A stretch of DNA of 64,000 nt from Eledone cirrhosa (taxonomy: Eukaryota), in the NCBI GenBank assembly GCA_964016885.1, contig OZ024751.1, forward strand, positions 26,598,001 to 26,662,000. Reading direction: 5' to 3'. Position 1 is the first letter of the stretch. Every line of letters starts with the position of its first letter. The notes below the pieces were generated by a model, which saw only the letters and a program-made list of their open reading frames with translations, searched no databases and had not been told where the DNA came from. Both the position numbers and the translations under genes were made by a program. Of this stretch, positions 54,229-64,000 are shown one piece after another.

Positions 54229-54620
54229 GCTGTTGCAGTTGTTGCTGTTGTTGCTGTTGCAACAGCAACAACAAGGGTTTTGTTGGAATTCTGTTCTTTT
54301 GCAGTTGAAGGGAAGCAAGAGTTCTGAGAAGCACTCTGTTTTATTATCAAAGATAATCCGACATTTTATGAGGTACTCTATCTTTTTATTTTTCGATCAG
54401 AGTTGAGGAGTTATGTGAGATACTCTGCTTTAGGGTGAGGTTAACAGGGGTTGTTGGAGCGGTGTTTGGTTTTATGAAGAGGGACCTGGGTTCTTTTTCG
54501 AGGATAATCAGGAGATTTATGTGGCCTTCTCCTGTTTTGTGCCGAGGACAATAAGAGGGTTTGTCGAGGAACTCCCTTTTTATATCGAGGGCAACCAGGG
54601 TGGCGGGGTGGTTGTGGTTA

Positions 54621-54681
<61 letters not shown>

Positions 54682-54682
54682 G

Positions 54683-54860
54683 TTCTTTGAGTCTCAGTCA
54701 TTGATGTTAGTTAACTGGAAAGTTTGTTGAAATGAATATCAAGCCACTATCTGCAGCCTCAGATATTCAGGACGTATCGGAGGGTTCTTGCTGTTCCCAG
54801 CAAGCATGCTTTTTGAAGCGTTCCAAAAAGCGGGGTGGGGCCAATTTTCTTTAACTATCC
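54683..54860 (-). mobile_element. R4/Dong-clade LINE 3' end inserted in (TAA)n
   Basis: Minus translation LKKIGPTPLFGTLQKACLLGTARTLRYVLNI* (stop 54759-54761) matches the LQKxxLLGTARILRxVL C-terminus of R4/Dong-type elements. (TTA)n on both sides. Confidence 0.75.
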
Positions 54861-54861
54861 C

Positions 54862-54910
<49 letters not shown>

Positions 54911-55151
54911 GAGTATGTGTCTTTAAATTAAAGGTGGAAAACTGGTGGTCAGGGTCACTGTGGCCTTTTACTGGGCTTTCTCCACAAATGTCCTTCGGAA
55001 GTCTCCCCCCTATTGGGGAATTTTTCATTGTTATTTTTATTACATCCTCTGTTTTTTTTTACACGCAGAAATGCCCATTTGTACCGTCCTGTATTGTCCT
55101 GTACTGTCTTTAATGTCTACTTTATGTAAACCCTTGTGGTTAATAAAGAAA

Positions 55152-55211
<60 letters not shown>

Positions 55212-55315
55212 TTGTAAACTTCTTATTCACAGATTTTTACATTTCCAGTCAAAGTTTGGTATATTTTTTGTATCACCTTCTTCTGGTGCCCTACTGGCAA
55301 ATAAAGAAAGTCATA

Positions 55316-55372
<57 letters not shown>

Positions 55373-55571
55373 GTAAGAAATCGTTCATTTCCATCATCAT
55401 CACCTTCAACATTATTATGATTATTATTATTTTTTCTATTATTATTATTATTATTTTTATCATTTGTTTTCCTTTTATTATCTGAAGCTTGTCTGGAGCT
55501 TGTCTGGACATCTGGTAATAATTCTTACTTGTTTAAGACATGATTTATACAAAGTGAGAGGAAAACATAAC

Positions 55572-55638
<67 letters not shown>

Positions 55639-55678
55639 TATAAACACGCACATTAATATATATATATGTTTATATATT

Positions 55679-55717
<39 letters not shown>

Positions 55718-55806
55718 GTGTGTATCTGGGTGTTCATGTGTGAGTTTATATATTTATGCATTTATACATATATATGCATATATAAATACATATACGCAGG
55801 TATAAA

Positions 55807-55915
<109 letters not shown>

Positions 55916-56575
55916 AATATATATATATATATATATAAATATAAATTGGCAGCATGGCCCTCCCAAAGTATAACAATATGTATATATGTACATACATATA
56001 CACATACATACATACATATATACATATATACATGTATGTATATATATATGTATATATGTATACACCCACACGCGTGCTTCCACCCATACACACACCCAGT
56101 CACGTAACTCACTTATAACTAATGGAAATTACAGACCAATGACGCAGCCGTTCTCCAAAATCAAAGTTCTAAGAGATTTATCTGAAGGGAATTCTATATA
56201 AACCATTATTGATTTCAAGGTATTATTCTAAACGTTTGATTCTGAAGCAAGGTTTGTATGTTCAGCTTTCGTTCCTGTTTAAACTGAGTAGAAACACGAG
56301 CGAGGCAAGCAGAAGTTGATCAACAAAACAGATTCTATAGTCATAGAGTAAACACATCTGGTTTTCCACATGTGTTTACTTTTGAGTACATATTTAGGGT
56401 CCACAAGTTTGAACCCCTTTTTGTTGGCTGTTTTTATCGTCTCTGACCAAGGCCCCAGTCTAAATACATTGCAGTGTATTGCGTGCCACCGTACAAACAG
56501 CGTTTAAGTTTTGGTGTCTGATTTTATTTACTGCTTAGACAGAAGGAGACAGAGAGAGAGAGAGAGAGAGAGAGT

Positions 56576-56617
<42 letters not shown>

Positions 56618-57129
56618 TAGATAGATAGATAGAGAGAGAGAAGAGTTGCACCCATGATCTTTATATTGTAGTAGGATGAGAGTAAGTTACCAACGAAGTG
56701 GACATCTGACTTGAAAACTTTCAAAAGAGTTCAGACCGTTAACGGAGCCCAAATACCAGTTGGTGTGTTTAATCCGGATGCCGGATTACATCTACGAATC
56801 AGAACGCCAAAGAGCCAGAACAAATACTGCCACAAAACCTTCTGTTCGACGCTCTGTCAATTCTACCAATCCACCGCCATGGTACTTCATTTTATTGACG
56901 ACACTTATCGAAGTTTAAAGACAAAGGTGATCTCGGCCATATTTGAACTCCAATAAAGTATCACTAGACATGTTGATATTCTCAAGGTTTGAACTGAGAG
57001 TATGCTGAGCTTCAATAACCTATCACCATATATGTTGATCTCGGCAAGATTTGAAGTCAGTGTCTACTGAGCTCCAATAAAAATGGACTATTCATTGATT
57101 TTTACCAGGGTTCAAGCCCCCCCCCCCCC

Positions 57130-58375
57130 CTTAGCTGATTTTCCTGAAACTCACACCTCATCCTCTGAAACTAATGACAGATCAGTCTTCAACCTGGACT
57201 CATCTAGGCAGACTGTTCTTGATAGAGCAGAAGGCAGATCAAAACCTCTCCTAAAGTGTAAACATCCCGCTCACTTTAGCACATTCAATGTCAATACCCT
57301 TGGTCCTCTTGGAAGACTTGATGAGCTAGTAACAATTGCTAAATCTAATGGTATTGACATCATCAGTCTTCAAGAGCATAGACATTTCCATCCAGATCTA
57401 GACCTAAAGTTTACAAAATCTGACAATTTCCAGCTTGTCATCGCCTATGCATACAACAATTCCAATAACGCCACCATTGGTGGAGTTGGTATGTTTCTCT
57501 CATCAAGGGCACGTGAGAACCTCATCAACATCGAAAAGATAGATGATAGAATAACGGTTGCCGAGTTCACTTCAAATCCCAAACTCACATTTATCTTGCT
57601 ATAGCCCAACAAATAGCAGTGATGAAGAAACTGCCGCCTGTTTCTATCAGTCTAAAAAAGGTGACCTCTCATCCTCCCAAAACTAACGGGGAATATTATT
57701 TATACCCATTGCTGCCAAGATCTACAACAAGCTAATCCTCAACCGTAGAGTTCCGTATGTTGATCCAATCCTTTGCATCAACCAAAACAGTTTTAGGTGT
57801 GGTAGATCTAGACTAGCACATATGTTGGCCTTGAGAAGAGTAGTGGAAGAAACTCCAACAGACAAATTGTTCTGGTTTTTGTTGACTTTAGAAAAGTTTT
57901 TGACAGCATAAACCGAGACATTCTGTTTGAAATTCTACCCAGCATGACTTGTGGAAGCAATTAAGGCTCTGTATCTCAACACAAATGCCAGTATTATCAC
58001 CCCTGATGGCCCCACAGAGTTCTTTGACATCTCAGCAGGAGTGCTGCAGGGTGACACTGTTGCCCATTTCTCTTTATCCTCGCACTAGACTACACCCTGA
58101 GAATTTCAATCGACAAAATCAATAACAAAGGCATAACCATCAAACCCCGCATGAGCTCTAGGCACCCCTCTAAACATCTCACTTGACTTTGTCGATGACA
58201 TTGCACTTCTTGCAGATTGCCTAGAAAATGCGCAACAACTTTTGACATCTCTCCAGGAAGCAGCCACCCTTGTTGGCCTTCATCTCAACGGGGGTTAAAC
58301 AGAGTACATAACAAACTGTACAGGCAACAACATCAAAGCAATCAACGACAGTGATATCAAGCAAGTCTCGGGTCC
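57130..58375 (+). pseudogene. Decayed, internally deleted RTE-clade LINE (APE + RT)
   Basis: APE: STFNVNTL, DIISLQEHR, ATIGGVG, YSPT. Then, after a large deletion, RT motifs KKGDLS, AAKIYNKLILNR, FVDFRKVFDSI, GVLQGDT, DFVDDIALL, GLHLN. Several frameshifts and stops. Confidence 0.92.
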
Positions 58376-58682
58376 TTGAAGTACCGTCAAGTTCCACATG
58401 ACCACGCAGGAAACTATGAATGGTTGCCTAACCCATTAGAAATAGCAGAGAAATCTCTCTCACTTCTCAGGACGCATTGAAAGTGTAAGAAAAACATCAG
58501 CCAGTACACTTATATAATAAAGGATATTTTAGACGATATTAAGGCTAAGTCCCTACACATTCTATATTTGTGTAATTTGTCTAAAGACATAACTAGTCTC
58601 TACCAATGTGTTCGGGACTGGACGGTATCGACCATCATTCTGTTGTTTTTTTCCATTGTCTTTGTCCAGTGCGTTCCCTATT

Positions 58683-58779
<97 letters not shown>

Positions 58780-58780
58780 A

Positions 58781-59150
58781 TACGATATATTAACAAATGG
58801 AAACTATATTTATAAAACCATAATTATTTCATTATACATATTTCAAGGACACCAAGTTAGATTATGGTGTGCTTTCATCAGGTAAAATATAATATAGAGC
58901 AGTTTTATAAATAAATATTGACATACCCTTAAAGAATGCGACCATTTCTGTTGGAAGCTCCCGGTTAGTGGGGTTATAAATTTATTTATACTATTATGTA
59001 AATTAGTTTCGGATATTTTAAAATCAGAGTAGATTAAATAAGCCGTTGGGTTATTTGTTAATATATCGTATTTTTACTCCAATAACTTGTTGAGTGCTTT
59101 ATATCAGTTATAAAAATATTTGTTTGTTGTATCTCAACAATTTAAATAGA
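58781..59150. mobile_element. Head-to-head insertion of the 36850-37100 HHR family
   Basis: The left part is the minus-strand cassette ending at tacgatatattaacaaat (58781-58798). That segment recurs inverted at 59053-59070 and continues ~80 bp as the family tail. (TA)n on both sides. Confidence 0.75.
58827..58887 (-). ncRNA. Minimal hammerhead ribozyme, paralog of 36973-37034
   Basis: TTTTAC-CTGATGA-AAGCACACCA(TAATCTAACT)TGGTGTCCTT-GAAA-TATGTA-TA-ATGAAA. Confidence 0.7.
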
Positions 59151-59155
59151 AGTTC

Positions 59156-59219
<64 letters not shown>

Positions 59220-59295
59220 GTGTGTGTGTGTGTGTGTGTCTATGTATGTATGTCTGTATGTATAAATATGTGTGTACCTATATATATATATATGA

Positions 59296-59444
59296 TAGAC
59301 GGTAGCCACGGAGTAGGCAGACCCAGAAAAACCTGGAACGAGCTGATAAATTCCGACCTCACACACTTACACCTCTCCAAGACAATGTCACTGGACCGAG
59401 ACCTTTGGCGGTACGCAGTAATAGAGAAGACCCGCCTTACCTAA
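59296..59444 (+). pseudogene. RTE-clade LINE extreme C-terminus
   Basis: DGSHGVGRPRKTWNELINSDL...SLDRDLWRYAV matches the GRPxxTW...DRxxWR terminal motif. Confidence 0.8.
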
Positions 59445-59669
59445 ATACAAAGTAAAACCTACTACAGTCAGTAGGCATCTCTGACAAAATACTCCCCCCG
59501 TCTCACCCCCACCCCACCCACACCGCCCCTTTCAATGTAAAGTTATGTTGGTGCCACAACATCCAGGCCGAAACAAATGAGGTCGTGTAGATGGCACGAC
59601 AAAAAACACACAGTCCACGCTGTAATGTGGCCGTGTAGGCAACACGGTAAAAACCTCCCAGCCCCACAC

Positions 59670-59811
59670 TGTAAATGTGGTTGGTGTTAGGAAGGGCATC
59701 CAGCAGTAGAAAACCCGCCAGACAGTCCTATGCGAGCAAGACAACCACTCTTGCCTCAAGTGGGAAAACTCCCGTCCAAACCCATGCAAGCGTGGAACAT
59801 GGACGTTAAAC

Positions 59812-59850
<39 letters not shown>
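59670..59850 (+). mobile_element. SINE/LINE-related 3' tail ending in (GAT)n
   Basis: gttaggaagggcatccagc..acccatgcaagcgtggaacatggacgttaaac(gat)n. A related 3' tip is at 36045-36097. Confidence 0.65.
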
Positions 59851-59983
59851 ATCCTACAAAAAACATATTATACACATGTGTGAATGTAAACGATACGGGT
59901 ACATATGTATATCATACTGCTATTAAATCTCACCTCCATATATATATATATACATGTGTATATAAATGAAGTATTTCCGTAGG

Positions 59984-60015
<32 letters not shown>

Positions 60016-60099
60016 ACACACACACACATATATATATATACATACATATATATAACACACACACACACATATATATATATATATTATATATATATATAC

Positions 60100-60170
<71 letters not shown>

Positions 60171-60348
60171 TATTCGCATGAACATATATACATACATACG
60201 TATATGTAAATGTAGGTATATATACACCACCACACGCGAGTACACATATATATCATAGCGCTATATTAAACGGGCCAGTTATCTTCCATTCAACGTTCTT
60301 CACCTTTCATCTGTCGAAATCTACATCTATCTGTCTCTATATATATAT

Positions 60349-60780
60349 ACTAGCAGAGGTACCCGGCGTTGCTCGGGTATTAAATACCAGTTATGTATAC
60401 CATTTATGTCAATACTTCAGTGTTGCTTGGAAAACTATACTTTTACAAAATCATCGGCTTTTTCCAAAAGGGGGTTCCTGCCCCCATGATCCCCTACTCA
60501 ATATGTGCAAATTCTGAAAGTTTACATTCATCTGTAGAACAAACGTAGCCCATGTGTCAAGTTTTGTGAAAATCGGTTGCGAACTCCAGAAGTTATGACA
60601 TTTTGTTGCATTGCACTGCAGTGCTTCAGTCGACTCCAAGGAAGTGGTTAAAGGGGGTTATCTGCCGGGAGGCCCTATAATCAATATCTGGAAAAATCAA
60701 AGTGCCCATGACCATCCGGAGTACATAAGTAACCTATGTCTTAAGTTTGGTGAAAATACTGTAGAAATGCATAAGGTTTA
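60349..60780 (+). mobile_element. Non-autonomous Helitron/Helentron-like element (5' part)
   Basis: Begins ACTAGCAGAGGT-ACCCGGC(GTT)GCTCGGGT (subterminal hairpin) after (TA)n. Contains repeated aagttt(t/g)gtgaaaat cores. A possible matching 3'-type end (..agacagacaggcagacaacctcagttttatatata) is at 62310-62420. Confidence 0.5.
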
Positions 60781-61549
60781 CACACACCCACGTGTGTGTG
60801 TGTATTTATGTGTGTGTATGTATTTGTGTGTGCGTATGTATATGTATGTGTATGTCCGTCGGCGCATATGTATGTACTGGCCTAAATCTTCACTATTTAC
60901 TTTTACTATTTTAAGGCAAAGTTAAAATCCCGTCGAGGTTAACTTTGCCTTTCATCCTTACGGGGTCGATAAAATAAAGTACCAGTAATGTACTGGGTAA
61001 GTGCCAAAAGTAGAAACAACAATTTTAATAACCTCTGTCATTTTCGTTTACAATTTTATTTACATCATTCTTAAACTCCGGGGCTGGAAATCATTCGGTT
61101 ATTTTAAATTTTTAAATAGAATATTAGTCTAACGACTCCATTTACACCATAAACTTGGTCTCGTCTTTGCATGAAATTGTTCTCCTCGATCCACATAACG
61201 ACGTATTATCCTCGCTTTTTTTCCGTTCATTACCACGGAACGTCTTCACGAACCAAAATATGGTCTTCCTGTTTTCCTTCGGTTGCAACGTTTCTCGAAA
61301 TATTTAATTCTGCGTCCACAGATAGAATTTATTAGTTTAAGATCCCGTTAATGATGAAAGCAGCGATTCTTTGGTTAAACTTTCTTTCTTTCTCAAACCC
61401 TCTCTCTCTCTTTCTCTCTCTCTCACTCACTCATACCCCCTTTCTCTCTCTTCCTCCTACAGAATGGAGAACAATAAAGAACGCGCAGATCTCTCTCTCT
61501 CTTTATATATATATGTGTGTTTATGTGCGTGTGAACCAGCGTTCGTCAC

Positions 61550-61621
<72 letters not shown>

Positions 61622-62409
61622 ATCTGATTATCTTGTACCTCTCTCTGTATAACGACCTATCTCACTCACTCTCTCTCTCTACATCTCACTTTCTCTCTTT
61701 AGATGTATATGTATATGTGTGTGTGTGACATATATATATATAGAGAGAGAGAGTGTTGCAACATCTATGTAGTTTCATAGATTCTTGAGGGTATAAACAG
61801 AGCATATAAATAAATTTACAGTAGAATAACATAACAAATATATTTTAAATGTATACATAAACTACAATATTAAAGAAAATGCAAAGGAACGGGTGAACAA
61901 CGGAGCCAACACCAGAACAAAGGTCAGCAACGTCGCGAGTACTGGGCAACCTCTCTAATTTTGAGGCAAGCCAGCACACTCACAGCGTTGCCTCGGGTGA
62001 CGGCGAGGCTGATGCGCTGAAATATTGTTTTAAAAGACTTTTTAATGGAAATGAAGCAAAATGGAAGCTTAATGTTGAAACTTCGAACTCATGAATTTTG
62101 CAGGTTAAAATTTTGCTGGCCCGAAAACTGTTCGCGTATTTTTGTACGCGTAGTTTGTTCGATAAACAAATGACGCCATAAAAGGGAGATAACTCGTCTC
62201 TCATCTCTATTTATACATTTGAACTGAAAAATCAATACATTACAAATTAGAATTTTGCACTTGGCGTGGGTCGATTTGAAAACATTTTTGACCGATGTCT
62301 CCGCCGGACCTTCATCTCTAAGTGTAGCAATTTCACCGAAATTTGAACGTACGGTTTAAGAGGAGATGTGTGCCGACCGTTTTAGTAGACAGACAGGCAG
62401 ACAACCTCA

Positions 62410-62487
<78 letters not shown>

Positions 62488-62637
62488 TATGTATATATAT
62501 ATACATATATCTGTCTAAATATCTATATATATATATATATATATATATATCTCCGTCTAAATATATATATATATATATATCTGTCTGTCTGTCTCTGTCT
62601 CTCTCTCTCTAACTATCTGCCTATCTATTTATCTGTC

Positions 62638-62742
<105 letters not shown>

Positions 62743-62759
62743 GCCCGTCTAAATATCTG

Positions 62760-62828
<69 letters not shown>

Positions 62829-63264
62829 GTTTATCTGTCTATATGGCTCTCTACCTAAATGTCTATATATCCGTCTGTCTCTCTATCTGTCGAACTGTCT
62901 CTCTATCTATCTGTCTATCTGTATTATGTAATCAACCTAACTATGTCACTCTCATTGTCAATCACTCTAATACAACTTCTTTTTATTTAATTCTAATAAC
63001 GCCGCCATCTTAAACGTTATTTTATGACGGCCGCCATTTTCAATGTACGGTTAGCTGTGGAGCCACTAACTCTACTTGTACTGTGAGAAGGAATTAGCTT
63101 CAAAGGGTTATCAGACATTTCGGCGTGCACACTTTCGTACATTTACGCCACGGGGTCCCCTGAATCTGTACGAGTCGTCTTAGATTTTGTAATTAGTAAT
63201 GCTATTTCTAAAGACGCCCTTTGCAAAATCATTATTTATTGTAATTTCTTTGCAAAGAATATGA

Positions 63265-63297
<33 letters not shown>

Positions 63298-63443
63298 TGT
63301 ATGTATGTATGTATGTATGTATGTATGTATGTATGTATGTATGTATGTATGTATGTATGCATGTGTATGTATGTATGTATGTACGTGTGTGAGTATGCAT
63401 GTATGTATTTATGTATGTATGTATGCTTGTATGTATGTAGGTC

Positions 63444-63501
<58 letters not shown>

Positions 63502-63699
63502 TACACATGCATTTGCATATATATATATATATATATATATCTGTGTGTGTATGCAAGTCTGTCTTGTTTATCTTGAAGGGGTTCCAGTGCTCCTCGCTGT
63601 GGAATCCAGGATGTTTTCCATTGAAATAACTTCAGAATTAGTTTTACAGACTTTCCTGCTATTCTTCTTCCATCTAGTTTATCGCTGTCGATATCCCCC

Positions 63700-64000
63700 C
63701 CTTTTTTTCTCACCCCTCTCCCTTTTTCTCACCCCTCTCCCTTTCTCTCACCCCTCTCCCTTTCTCTCACCCCTCCCTTTTCTCACCCCTCTCCCTTTCT
63801 CTCACCCCTCCCCTTTTCTCACCCCTCCCCCTTTCTCTCACCCCTCTCCCTTTTTCTCACCCCTCTCCCTTTCTCTCATCCCTCTCCCTTTCTCTCACCC
63901 CTTCTCACTTTCTATCACCCTCTCCCTTTTTTCTCACCCTCTCCCTTTCTCTCACCCCCTCTCACTTTCTATCACCCTCTCCCTTTCTCTCACCCTCTCT
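63700..64000. repeat. ~20-bp CT-rich minisatellite running off the window
   Basis: Tandem ctcacccctctcccttt(c/t)t units. Confidence 0.9.

Noticed and set aside
63180-63713. 177-aa ORF with a non-repetitive N-terminus
   Set aside because: It runs from a CT minisatellite into microsatellites with no recognisable domain or clear splice sites.

Overview
Eukaryotic, AT-rich, extremely microsatellite-dense genomic DNA. The (TA)n/(CA)n/(ATGT)n density and the SINE families suggest an octopod cephalopod (inference). Almost every ORF in the supplied track is a translated simple repeat. One credible host coding exon is present: a signal peptide plus the start of a Reeler domain, F-spondin/spondin-1-like (23327-23531, minus). 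The rest is intron or intergenic DNA with large minisatellites (28-bp, 60-bp, 12-bp, 28-bp), tRNA-derived SINEs, and decayed RTE, R4/Dong and other LINE fragments. The main hidden signal is about a dozen minimal type-I hammerhead ribozyme (HHR) motifs from at least six unrelated sequence families, most sitting in short cassettes beside or inside (TA)n. One lies directly 3' of a Penelope-like (PLE) GIY-YIG C-terminus. Four families show the same architecture: two 3' ends fused head-to-head into a hairpin (up to 260-bp perfect arms), usually with one arm carrying an extra tail. A separate RTE-related ~600-bp element begins with a candidate HDV-like double pseudoknot. All calls were made by eye, with no searches or folding runs.
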